The notes below the pieces were generated by a model, which searched no databases, was not told the DNA's origin, and saw nothing but the letters and a program-made list of their open reading frames with translations. Shown here in pieces: positions 9,901 to 17,724 of a stretch of 64,000 bases of DNA. The number at the start of each line of letters is the position of its first letter. The stretch's first letter is position 1. A program made the translations under genes and the position numbers. The stretch is from assembly GCA_030828405.1 (NCBI GenBank), contig JAURCP010000002.1:3169-67168 (forward strand). Direction: 5' to 3'. This DNA comes from Thermoplasmatota archaeon (lineage in GTDB: Archaea; Thermoplasmatota; Poseidoniia; Poseidoniales; Thalassarchaeaceae).

Positions 9901-10942
9901 AATCAAGATTATACGGTTCATAAAGAATATTTAATGGAGAAATATCAATCACTGAAAGAAGGAAGTTAATAGTAATTGAACCCCCTGTATTCGAAGCAGT
10001 CACGTAATGTTCTCTTAAGGCATGTAATTCTGTAGGGGAACCCATAATTGATCCATCATTTGTATTGAAAAAAAGACCTGCTGGTAAAGGGGGTTCAATT
10101 GTCCAATTAATTACTTCTCCACCTCCTATATTTGGGAACTCAACTATCGTTTCACCGAGAAGCCATTGAAATATTTGACTTGAATAATGTAAATTTTCAG
10201 GTTCTTCATGAATGGTGATTATTCTAATATCAGTATATGCTGAACCTCCTGAATTTGTGCCTGAGACAGTATGATTACTATCTCCAAGTTGCTGAGCCAC
10301 ACCATATATTTCTCCCGAAGCACCAATTTCAAGTCCAAGAGGTAACTCGGGAATGACATCCCATGTTTCAATGAACCCTCCGTAAGTAAACGGAACACCA
10401 ATCCCACAGGCTCTTGAAAATTTACAAAAAATCTCATTTGAAGTGTAATTGATACTCTCTGGAGGTTGTGATAAAATTTCTATCTCTAGAATGAAAACAC
10501 TGGAGCCAATTACATTTGTACCAATTATTGTATAACTAGTCAACAAATTTTCAGATTCAGGAGTTCCGGAAATTATACCATTATCAGGATCTAAAATTAT
10601 TCCTTCGGGTAATCTTGGATTAACTAGCCAATTTTGCGGACCATCTCCAATAAAGCTTGGAGTTAATGCTTGCATATCTTGACCTACTACTAGTAACAAT
10701 GTTTCTTCACCGTAATCTAGGTTTTGTGGAGATGTCATCAATCTGCAATATTCGCCTGTAAAAACTTCATTGAAAAAACAGTCATCTTCTGTTTCCCCAT
10801 CTATATCGCAAGTAGGTTCATCTGGCTCTAATTCACAATTCACTAATTCGGAGCTTGAGTCATCTTCGCCAAATAATGACAAACAGCCAGGAGTCAAAAT
10901 CAAGAACGTCAACAGAATAGCCAATGCTTTAATTGAAGACAT
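6962..10942 (-). CDS. Secreted M60-like (enhancin-like) zinc metallopeptidase with about 5 He_PIG/cadherin-like Ig repeats and a C-terminal FN3 domain
   Basis: 1326-aa ORF.
- Signal peptide ending in ...LILTPGC, so possibly a lipoprotein.
- Repeated LP.G(L/I)..(D/N)...G.I.G.P motifs: LPEGIILDPDNGIISGTP, LPLGLEIGASGEIYGVA, LPAGLFFNTNDGSIMGSP, LPQGLNFDIQTGEIYGTP, LPSGLTLNGNGSISGIP.
- HEXXH zinc site MFHELGHNHQW at nt 7721-7744, with a downstream Glu (TTE).
- FN3-like C-terminus (DISWETYDNGT...YHGRIQASNG). Confidence 0.8.
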   Translation of the reverse strand: MSSIKALAILLTFLILTPGCLSLFGEDDSSSELVNCELEPDEPTCDIDGETEDDCFFNEVFTGEYCRLMTSPQNLDYGEETLLLVVGQDMQALTPSFIGDGPQNWLVNPRLPEGIILDPDNGIISGTPESENLLTSYTIIGTNVIGSSVFILEIEILSQPPESINYTSNEIFCKFSRACGIGVPFTYGGFIETWDVIPELPLGLEIGASGEIYGVAQQLGDSNHTVSGTNSGGSAYTDIRIITIHEEPENLHYSSQIFQWLLGETIVEFPNIGGGEVINWTIEPPLPAGLFFNTNDGSIMGSPTELHALREHYVTASNTGGSITINFLLSVIDISPLNILYEPYNLDFTINQIIPNLTPTWSGGAPEIWEIYPNLPQGLNFDIQTGEIYGTPIIIQDTINYQIWANNSGGYSTTIIDIKISSLPPDEIYWIESEYILHSNKSITIPVINNGPNIDTWEVYPELPSGLTLNGNGSISGIPDSRTNWREYTIWANNTGGTVGLNIWIVVHDLRADQEELLRGMSEADFGGWPSPILPIGEWSFPVAFESSGIPVVSASHVGKGKILGYGHESWVDSQNHPFSLRAVEWVCGENAEVGLAYGSGFDDFEDKLTDAGHNVHLSVTPSDLSGLDCLLDEFWNGHDDSDNNALVQFMLSGGGIIMGGHAWYWSYSNTDVAHNYPGNKIAKETGLFVSSDWGYNDVFFQNMPNEYSTISNAISGVFADRIDGVEMSTEDAAAAYSALSDCTWIVTLDYTNFWSPLRDLVNLTGYTIIPYSTLWSTTGYELGVDPVSDIILRLEDALMFGLPADELPAHPSHIEFPGEVPSNATRITRTVTVNGTQSGLPGNFGYSNPRSSIRMSTGLYAAAGEVVTVNVDEATSDLGFSILIGAHTDSLWNKDIIKRHSRIFTTWSVENTSTEVANAFGGPIYVYIPAGSNYGEINLTISGAIRAPMFVLGETSDFEWIYSERSNPAPWAELVSNNFIMTVPSLEIRELDNPSQLMNWWDIALNMEHELYGFEPWPRVERAVFDAQISAGWMHSGYPFMAHDLSVPDVVNHTHMSENGDWGMFHELGHNHQWMPSTLPGTTETGCNFASVYLMEDLVGIEGHSAVDPEQREVRMESYFNDGSNISNWSVWIALDTYILIKEEWGWGPITEALSVYYTLPSSEVPSTGDEEFNAWVLHLSNSTGYNLAPYHSAWGFPLTQQTFSSLSHFPVWVDDPLRKDFFFYDAIIRDIVPDNETSNSVDISWETYDNGTDISLTIYYGISDMGNQDTGWNYNSNLGETSVGNFSTTISDLSSATTYHGRIQASNGVNSVWFGPISWTTTIN

Positions 10943-10987
10943 ATTATTGCTATGAAAGATTTCTTCATAAAGTATACCTTAATACAA

Positions 10988-12268
10988 TTATTCTAGATTT
11001 GGATATGCTGGACCACTTTCAAAACAATATTTTACATTTTGAAAATTAGATTTGAAAGATTTAACATCGGATTTGATTTCAGAAGTTTCTTGATTTTTTA
11101 TTAATGCTCTCGCAAAGAAACGAGCGACATCAGTCATCTCGTCAGTACCCATTCCAACCCTGGTCAATTCAGGCACACCGAGTCTCAAACCACTTGGTTG
11201 CATTGCTTTAGTGTCTCCGGGTAGCATGTTCATGTTTGTAATAATTCCTGAATCCTCAAGAATTTGTGCTGCCTTTCTCCCGGCTCCAGAATCAATATCT
11301 CCATGGCGTGTCAATACCTGATGACTGGCTGTGTAGCCTCGATCTTCTGCTAATACATCAAACCCTTCAGCAGCCAGTGCGGCGGCTAATGCTTGAGCAT
11401 TATTGACAATATCTTTAGCATATTGCGCACCAAATTCCTCAAACTCTGCAAGAGCCACTGATTTACCTGCTACATGATGAAGATGATATGAGGAACAAGT
11501 TCCAGGAAAAATAGAATTGTTTAATTTACGGTGAAATTTTTCATCCGAAGAATCGGATAATACAAAACCTCCCTGTGGTCCGGGAAATGTCTTATGACTA
11601 CTTCCAGTCATTACATCTGCACCCTCTCTAAGTGGGTCTTGAAACTGCCCACCAGCAATTAATCCAAGTACATGTGCGCCATCATACATTACTTTGGCAC
11701 CAACTTCGTGAGCCGCATCAGAAAGTTCTTTCAAAGGAGTAGGAAAAAGAAATACTGATTGACCAAAAAGTGCAAGATTAGGAGATGTTTCTCTTATTAT
11801 TTTCATGGATGCATCAATATCAGGTTCCATTCTATCGATATCCCAAGGATAAGTTACAAGATTAAGACCTCTAACTCCAACCGCACCCATTCTTGCATGT
11901 GATATATGTCCTCCATCAGCAGTTGACACTGCTGTGATGGTATCTCCAGGCTTAGCTAAAGCTTTCAATGAAGCCATATTTGACACAGTACCAGATGTAG
12001 ACTGAATATTTGTAAAGTTACAATTAAACACACGCTTAGCAGACTCTATACCAATAGACTCTATAGTATCAAAATCATCACAACCTTGGTAATATCTTTT
12101 CCCAGGCAATCCTTCAGCATACCTACCATGAAGATCTGAATTGATAGCGGCTGCAACTAGAGGAGAAATTATATTTTCACTGGCAATCATAGGCAAACTA
12201 TCTCTATAATGTATTCCAGAAGATTTTACTGATTCAAGAATTTTGCCGGCTTGGGTTCTCGCGTCCAT
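10988..12268 (-). CDS. glyA: Serine hydroxymethyltransferase (archaeal type)
   Basis: PLP-lysine motif TGSSHKTFPGPQGG and LPMIASENIISP. The ORF track starts at TTG 12292; ATG at 12268 (MDARTQ...) is an equally plausible start. Confidence 0.9.
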   Translation of the reverse strand: MDARTQAGKILESVKSSGIHYRDSLPMIASENIISPLVAAAINSDLHGRYAEGLPGKRYYQGCDDFDTIESIGIESAKRVFNCNFTNIQSTSGTVSNMASLKALAKPGDTITAVSTADGGHISHARMGAVGVRGLNLVTYPWDIDRMEPDIDASMKIIRETSPNLALFGQSVFLFPTPLKELSDAAHEVGAKVMYDGAHVLGLIAGGQFQDPLREGADVMTGSSHKTFPGPQGGFVLSDSSDEKFHRKLNNSIFPGTCSSYHLHHVAGKSVALAEFEEFGAQYAKDIVNNAQALAAALAAEGFDVLAEDRGYTASHQVLTRHGDIDSGAGRKAAQILEDSGIITNMNMLPGDTKAMQPSGLRLGVPELTRVGMGTDEMTDVARFFARALIKNQETSEIKSDVKSFKSNFQNVKYCFESGPAYPNLE

Positions 12269-12429
12269 GACACTACATGGAGTAGAGGTCAAAGAGTTTA
12301 GCGGAACAAAGTTCTCTTAAGAAAAATATTACAAGAGGGAAAAAACACTATTTTTTGATGAAGCATTAGTGAGCAAATAAAGATATTACCCCAATAAATA
12401 CAATAACTAGTAATCTTACGAAATAACGT

Positions 12430-14955
12430 ATGAAGAGTAAAAAACGTATGACTGCTATTTTGGTAATATTACTGGTTTTGTCTGTTTCCGAAACTACTTT
12501 CGGATACAGTAGCGGAGTTACAGGAGCCTCAACAAATGGTTGCGGATGTCATGGAAGTAGTGGAGGAATGACTCCAACACTGTCAGGAATACCTAATGCA
12601 GGATACGAAGGAAATACCTCATATTCCCTGAATATTGGAGGCACTGGAGGTCCCACGGGGACTAAAGGGGGATTTAATTTAGACTCAAATTTTGGTTCTT
12701 GGTCAAATCCTGGCACCAGCGCTAAAATACAAAACGGTGAAGTTACTCATTCAAATTCGAATTCAAGATCTTGGAGTGTTACATGGACTGCTCCAGCTAA
12801 TGGCTCAGGAAATGTCACATTTTCCCTTGCAGTAAATTTTGTTAATGGAAATGGAGGGACTGCAGGGGATGATTGGGCTACAAATAGTTGGATAATATCT
12901 GAGCAAGTCACTTCTAATGGTGATTCCGATGGAGATGGTTGGTCGGATGCTGACGAAGCCTCTTGCGGTACTGATTCGTCAGATAACACTTCAATACCTA
13001 CTGATACTGATTCAGACGGTATTTGTGATCCTGTAGATACTGATGATGATGGAGATGGTTGGTCAGATACTGATGAAGCATCTTGTGGAACAGAATCAAA
13101 CAATTCTACTTCAATACCTACTGATACTGATTCAGACGGTATTTGTGATCCTGTAGATACTGATGATGATGGAGATAGTTGGTCAGATACTGATGAAGCA
13201 TCTTGTAACACTGATTCTCTGAATTCAAGCTCTATACCTATTGATACCGATAATGATCGAATTTGTGACTTAATTGATGAGGATGATGACAATGATGGTT
13301 GGTTTGATGAAGATGAGTATAGTTGTGGAACTGATTCTCTGAATTCAAGCTCTATGCCTACTGATACTGATTCAGACGGTATATGTGACTCTATAGACAG
13401 TGACGATGATGAGGATGGTTGGTCAGATACTGATGAAGCATCTTGTAACACCGATTCTCTGAATTCAAGCTCTATACCTACTGATACTGATTCAGATAGT
13501 GTTTGTGATTTAGTAGATACTGATGACGATAATGATGGTTTCTCTGATGAAAATGATACCTTCCCTTTAGATGGTAACGAATGGCAAGATAGTGATGGAG
13601 ATGGTAGAGGAGACAATGCAGATGTCGATGATGATGACGATAATTGGACAGATCTAGAAGAAGCAGAGTGCAATACTGATTCATTAAATGCCTCATCGAT
13701 TCCTATGGATACTGATGATGACCATATATGTAATTTAATTGATGATGATGATGATGGTGACGGTGTAACCGATGAATTAGATTTGTTCCCCCTAGATGCT
13801 AATGAAACTTTAGACTACGATTTGGATGGAATTGGAGATAATGCTGATGATGATGATGATAATGATGGGTGGTTAGACTCAGAAGAAGAAATTTGTGGTT
13901 CTGAAAGTCAGAATATTAATTCGTTACCAGAGGATCTCGATATGGATATGATTTGTGACATCATGGATAGTGATGACGATAATGACAATGTAGATGATTT
14001 GCTAGACATATTCCCAAGAGACGCAAATGAATGGTCAGATTTAGATCAAGATGGGGTTGGAGATAATGCAGATACAGACGATGATAATGATGGATGGTTA
14101 GATGAAGATGAAGTATCTTGTGGAACTGAATCAAATAATTCACTATCACTACCTATTGATACTGATTCAGATAGCACTTGTAACCAAGTAGATTTAGATG
14201 ACGATAATGATGGATTTGATGATATTAATGATGCTTTTCCATTAGATGCTAATGAGAATAATGACCTAGATGGAGATGGTATAGGGGACAATTCGGATTT
14301 AGATAGAGACGGTGATAGCGTAGAAAATGAAATCGATATTTTCCCCGATAATCCCGATGAGTCAATGGATTATGATGAAGACTCAATTGGAGATAATGAA
14401 GATTTAGATGACGATAATGATGGATGGAATGATAGTATTGAGATTGAATTAGGATACGACCCACTCAACCCTGAGGAATACCCTATTGATACAGATAATG
14501 ATGGGATTGAGAATAAAATAGATACTGATGATGATGGAGACGGTATCTCTGACTCTATTGAAAACTCTTGTAATACAGATTCATTAGATTCTAATTCAAT
14601 TCCTACGGATTTTGATAATGACGAAATTTGTGATGAATTAGATATTGATGATGATAATGATGGAGCATCAGATACGCTTGATGCGTTTCCATTTGACCCA
14701 ATAGAATATTCAGATTTAGACTCAGATGGGATTGGTGATAATGCTGATGATGATGATGATGGAGATGGATGGACAGATTATCAAGAAAGTAAGTGTTTTT
14801 CTAATCCTCAGGATAGTAATAGTTTGCCTCTAGATACAGATGAGGATGGAATTTGCGATTCTATGGAATCAGAAAACTCCTCAGGATTACCCAGTTTAGG
14901 GCTTTTTAGCACGATTTTTATGATTGCATTCGCAGCGTTCGCACGAAAAAAATGA
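12430..14955 (+). CDS. Secreted TSP3-repeat (calcium-binding) surface protein with an N-terminal beta-rich domain and a C-terminal TM anchor
   Basis: 841-aa ORF with a signal peptide (MTAILVILLVLSVSETTFG). The first ~150 aa are Gly/Ser/Asn-rich and carry a CGCH motif. More than 15 TSP3-like units follow (DTDSDGICD..DTDDDGDGWSDTDE.SCGT.S). The C-terminus GLPSLGLFSTIFMIAFAAFARKK is a TM helix plus a short basic tail. Confidence 0.8.
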   Translation: MKSKKRMTAILVILLVLSVSETTFGYSSGVTGASTNGCGCHGSSGGMTPTLSGIPNAGYEGNTSYSLNIGGTGGPTGTKGGFNLDSNFGSWSNPGTSAKIQNGEVTHSNSNSRSWSVTWTAPANGSGNVTFSLAVNFVNGNGGTAGDDWATNSWIISEQVTSNGDSDGDGWSDADEASCGTDSSDNTSIPTDTDSDGICDPVDTDDDGDGWSDTDEASCGTESNNSTSIPTDTDSDGICDPVDTDDDGDSWSDTDEASCNTDSLNSSSIPIDTDNDRICDLIDEDDDNDGWFDEDEYSCGTDSLNSSSMPTDTDSDGICDSIDSDDDEDGWSDTDEASCNTDSLNSSSIPTDTDSDSVCDLVDTDDDNDGFSDENDTFPLDGNEWQDSDGDGRGDNADVDDDDDNWTDLEEAECNTDSLNASSIPMDTDDDHICNLIDDDDDGDGVTDELDLFPLDANETLDYDLDGIGDNADDDDDNDGWLDSEEEICGSESQNINSLPEDLDMDMICDIMDSDDDNDNVDDLLDIFPRDANEWSDLDQDGVGDNADTDDDNDGWLDEDEVSCGTESNNSLSLPIDTDSDSTCNQVDLDDDNDGFDDINDAFPLDANENNDLDGDGIGDNSDLDRDGDSVENEIDIFPDNPDESMDYDEDSIGDNEDLDDDNDGWNDSIEIELGYDPLNPEEYPIDTDNDGIENKIDTDDDGDGISDSIENSCNTDSLDSNSIPTDFDNDEICDELDIDDDNDGASDTLDAFPFDPIEYSDLDSDGIGDNADDDDDGDGWTDYQESKCFSNPQDSNSLPLDTDEDGICDSMESENSSGLPSLGLFSTIFMIAFAAFARKK
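12922..13524 (+). repeat. Five nearly identical in-frame 120-bp (40-aa) tandem repeats, continuing in degenerate form to about nt 14870
   Basis: Compare 12961-13080 with 13081-13200: the two share long identical runs such as tcaatacctactgatactgattcagacggtatttgtgatcctgtagatactgatgatgatggagat. Confidence 0.9.
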
Positions 14956-15032
14956 TGGCGCCGACAGCAGGACTCGAACCTGCGACCTGTGGATTAACAG
15001 TCCACCGCTCCACCAACTAAGCTATGTCGGCC
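14956..15032 (-). tRNA. tRNA-Asn (GUU), 3' CCA encoded
   Basis: The reverse complement reads GGCCGACATAGCTTAGTTGGTGGAGCGGTGGACTGTTAATCCACAGGTCGCAGGTTCGAGTCCTGCTGTCGGCGCCA. Anticodon stem GTGGA/TCCAC, loop CTGTTAA. It abuts the stop codon of the preceding gene. Confidence 0.92.
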
Positions 15033-15062
15033 TAACCTGTCGCCTGCTCTATCATTCATCAA

Positions 15063-15296
15063 TTAATCGGAAGTAAAGACACCTTCTTCAATTAGTAATC
15101 TCATCTTAGTTTCAACTCCGCCCTGTCCGCTATATCCTCCTAAACTTCCATCGGATCTTATCACACGATGACAAGGAATAGTAAGAATGAATGGATTCTT
15201 TGCACAAGCATTAGCAACTGCTCTAGAAGAAGTCGGATGGCCTATAGACTCTGCAATTTGTTTGTATGTTCTAACTTCGCCTGAGGGAATTTTCAT
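15063..15296 (-). CDS. ogt: Methylated-DNA-protein-cysteine methyltransferase, C-terminal (DNA-binding/active-site) domain only
   Basis: PCHRV active-site motif (IPCHRVIRSDGSLGGYSGQGG). The conserved first helix of the domain (TNFQIKVWNEL) lies in frame upstream of the first ATG, so the true start is unresolved. Confidence 0.7.
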   Translation of the reverse strand: MKIPSGEVRTYKQIAESIGHPTSSRAVANACAKNPFILTIPCHRVIRSDGSLGGYSGQGGVETKMRLLIEEGVFTSD

Positions 15297-15348
15297 CAGT
15301 TCATTCCAAACTTTAATCTGAAAATTAGTACCCTCCAGATTAATGTTT

Positions 15349-16302
15349 TCACTCCCATTCTATAGTCCCTGGGGGTTTATGCGTAATGTCATAAACTACA
15401 CGATTTACCTGCCCCTTGAGTGCATTAGTTATCTCAGTACTAATTGAGGAAAGAACATCGTGTGGTATTGGAGAATACTTAGCACTCATACCATCAAGGC
15501 TAGTTACAGCTCTCACTACGACCGTTTCACCATGAACTCTAGCATCTCCATGAACTCCAACAGAGCGGACGGGTAATAGAGCAGCAAAATATTGCCATGG
15601 CAAATCACATTTACCTTCTGAGGCCGCATCTTGAAGTCTCATTTCTACTATGGAGCAGGCTTCTCTACAAGCCTCAACTCGTTCTTTGGTTAGATCTCCT
15701 AGAACTCTAACTGCCAGGCCTGGACCAGGAAATGGCTGCCTCTCACTTGATTTAATTTTTAGTTCGCGTGCTATTGAGCGGACTTCGTCTTTGTAAAATT
15801 CACGTAATGGCTCTACAATATCTAATTCCACATCATCTGGAAGGCCGCCAACATTGTGATGAGATTTAATGACATCACGTTCACCACCACCAGACTCAAT
15901 CCAATCTGGTGCAATCGTTCCTTGGACTAAAAATTTAGCGCCACATAATTTTTGTTCATCTTCAAATACACGTATGAATTGTTCACCAATAACTTTCCTT
16001 TTCTCTTCGGGATCAGTTATTCCTTCTAATTCTTGAAAAAATCTTTCAGAGGCATCGACAACTTTCAGATTGATTCCCATCTCCTGAAACATCTCAGAAA
16101 CTTCAGCGCTCTCATTTTTTCTCATAAATCCTGTATCTACATATACACAATGTAGTAGACTACCCACGGCACGGTGAGCTAGTACCGCAGCGACAGAGGA
16201 ATCAATTCCTCCTGAACAGGCAATAATTGCTGTATCATCTATTTTATTTTGTAACTCTTCAATTGCCTCATCAATCAATATTTGAGTTTGCATAAAACTC
16301 AT
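15349..16302 (-). CDS. guaAB: GMP synthase (glutamine-hydrolysing) subunit B, the ATP pyrophosphatase subunit
   Basis: PP-loop motif SGGIDSSV. The C-terminal dimerisation-domain ending KPPGTIEWE is typical of GMP synthase. A stand-alone subunit B is the archaeal arrangement. Confidence 0.9.
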   Translation of the reverse strand: MSFMQTQILIDEAIEELQNKIDDTAIIACSGGIDSSVAAVLAHRAVGSLLHCVYVDTGFMRKNESAEVSEMFQEMGINLKVVDASERFFQELEGITDPEEKRKVIGEQFIRVFEDEQKLCGAKFLVQGTIAPDWIESGGGERDVIKSHHNVGGLPDDVELDIVEPLREFYKDEVRSIARELKIKSSERQPFPGPGLAVRVLGDLTKERVEACREACSIVEMRLQDAASEGKCDLPWQYFAALLPVRSVGVHGDARVHGETVVVRAVTSLDGMSAKYSPIPHDVLSSISTEITNALKGQVNRVVYDITHKPPGTIEWE

Positions 16303-16775
16303 TCACCTCTGAGTGATTTATCATCTGAAATTACCTTTGCGGTTTTCATCACTCTCCATGCATCATATTGCCTTGCTAAGTCAGTATTTGTCAAGGCAAG
16401 CATCTGCACGGCTAATGCTCCGGCGTTATCTCCTCTATCTACTCCTACAGTTGCAACCGGCATACCAGGAGGCATCTGAACAATAGAAAGAAGACTATCT
16501 AGAGGGACTTTACCACCTACTGGAACACCAATTACAGGTAGAGTGGTCATCGAAGCAATAACTCCGGGAAGCGCAGCAGCCATACCTGCCATTCCAATGA
16601 AAACTCTGCAACCAGATTCTATTGAAGATTCAATTACAGATTCAAGAAACTTTGGGGCACGGTGAGCGGAAGCAACCCTTACTTCATGTGATATAGAAAA
16701 CTCATCTAAAACTGATACACACTTATTGGCTACTGGCAAATCCGATTTGGACCCTAATATGATACATACATCCAT
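16299..16775 (-). CDS. purE: N5-carboxyaminoimidazole ribonucleotide mutase / AIR carboxylase catalytic subunit
   Basis: Motifs [24 protein letters not shown] and PVIGVP. It overlaps guaAB by 4 nt. Confidence 0.9.
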   Translation of the reverse strand: MDVCIILGSKSDLPVANKCVSVLDEFSISHEVRVASAHRAPKFLESVIESSIESGCRVFIGMAGMAAALPGVIASMTTLPVIGVPVGGKVPLDSLLSIVQMPPGMPVATVGVDRGDNAGALAVQMLALTNTDLARQYDAWRVMKTAKVISDDKSLRGE

Positions 16776-16833
16776 GCTCCTCGGGTATCAATATAGTTCA
16801 AATGCCTGCCGTATAGGAGATTAGGGAAAAAAA

Positions 16834-17688
16834 TCATTCTTCTTCTATTTCTACAGTGAAAATCTCTGGCCAATGTTCTCCAGAAATTTTCAAAGGAGGT
16901 AGTGAAAGAAAATTATTTATCTCAATATTTGAAATAAAATTTGTGTTGAATGGATCATGAATTATTCGATTGCGATATACCATACTAAATGCAATAAATC
17001 TATAGTTTCGATATGAAACGCCGGTTAATTCGGCTGAATATGGCCCAAATATATCTGATTTAGTGGCAATAAGGCCATTTTTGAATTTATTAGAAGAAAT
17101 TTCCCAACCGTCATTAAGAATATCTTGAGAATAATCGGGTGAAGAGATTGGTAACAACCACCTAGAAGAATTTACGCTCAGTGAATTACTAATATTCCTG
17201 ATTGTTCTACCCCATGCTATCAGAAATAATAAAAATCCAAACCAACCTAATCTAGGATCAATTAAAATATGTAAAATGAAGAATATTACCCCTAAACAAA
17301 AGTAAAGTAAGTCTAGAGGAAAAAAGGTAAAAATTTCATTATTAGAATTGGAAAACCAGACAAATGGCATTAATGTTAGTATCCATGAAAATGAAAATAA
17401 TATTATAGCCAATAACTGATCATCGATTGGTAATTTATTAGGGAAAATTAACGGAACAGAACTTGATATTAAGAAAAAAAGTGACCAAGAAGAGTAGTAC
17501 AGTATTTGTGGCCCTACAGGTTTTAGCCTTTGGCGCATCCACCCTCCACCTCCTAATTTTGGATTAGTATGATTCCAAGATTCAGGAGGTTGTAAATCTC
17601 CATATCTTGATACTGTTGGCTTACTCTCAGAATTAGGCCACCATGAAGATTCGCCAAGTAACCAATCTTGTTCGTTGTCTAAATCCAC
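16834..17688 (-). CDS. Integral membrane protein, unknown function
   Basis: 284-aa ORF with a GTG start. It has 4-5 hydrophobic helices in the central part. No motif recognised. Confidence 0.45.
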   Translation of the reverse strand: MDLDNEQDWLLGESSWWPNSESKPTVSRYGDLQPPESWNHTNPKLGGGGWMRQRLKPVGPQILYYSSWSLFFLISSSVPLIFPNKLPIDDQLLAIILFSFSWILTLMPFVWFSNSNNEIFTFFPLDLLYFCLGVIFFILHILIDPRLGWFGFLLFLIAWGRTIRNISNSLSVNSSRWLLPISSPDYSQDILNDGWEISSNKFKNGLIATKSDIFGPYSAELTGVSYRNYRFIAFSMVYRNRIIHDPFNTNFISNIEINNFLSLPPLKISGEHWPEIFTVEIEEE

Positions 17689-17724
17689 AAAGAGTCCGAG
17701 AGAGTCATTCTTCTAGGTTCTTCT

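Noticed and set aside
12541-12552. Cys-Gly-Cys-His in the 841-aa surface protein, considered as a c-type haem-binding site.
   Set aside because: The motif is CxCH, not the canonical CxxCH. No other cytochrome features or haem-maturation genes are visible, so it is kept only as an uncharacterised conserved-looking motif.
12922-13524. Regularly spaced near-identical repeats, considered as a possible CRISPR array or satellite.
   Set aside because: The repeats are contiguous, with no unique spacers. They are in frame and encode complete TSP3/Cys-containing protein modules within a long ORF that has a signal peptide and a membrane anchor.
12747-13673. Long (308-aa) Ser-rich antisense ORF inside the TSP3-repeat gene. 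Similar antisense ORFs occur at 1514-1945, 13478-13696, 14046-14291, 45914-46177 and 54504-54872.
   Set aside because: These are mirror-image artefacts. Codons for the Asp/Glu-rich repeats (GAT, GAC, GAA) read on the opposite strand as ATC, GTC and TTC-type codons without stops. The sense-strand proteins have clear signal peptides, domains and motifs; the antisense ones are low-complexity.
1082-15032. A 14-kb block of exported proteins flanked by two minus-strand tRNA genes, considered as a tRNA-targeted integrated element or genomic island.
   Set aside because: I saw no integrase, recombinase or transposase and no direct repeat of a tRNA 3' end. The housekeeping glyA gene lies inside the block. 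By eye the composition does not differ from the rest of the window.
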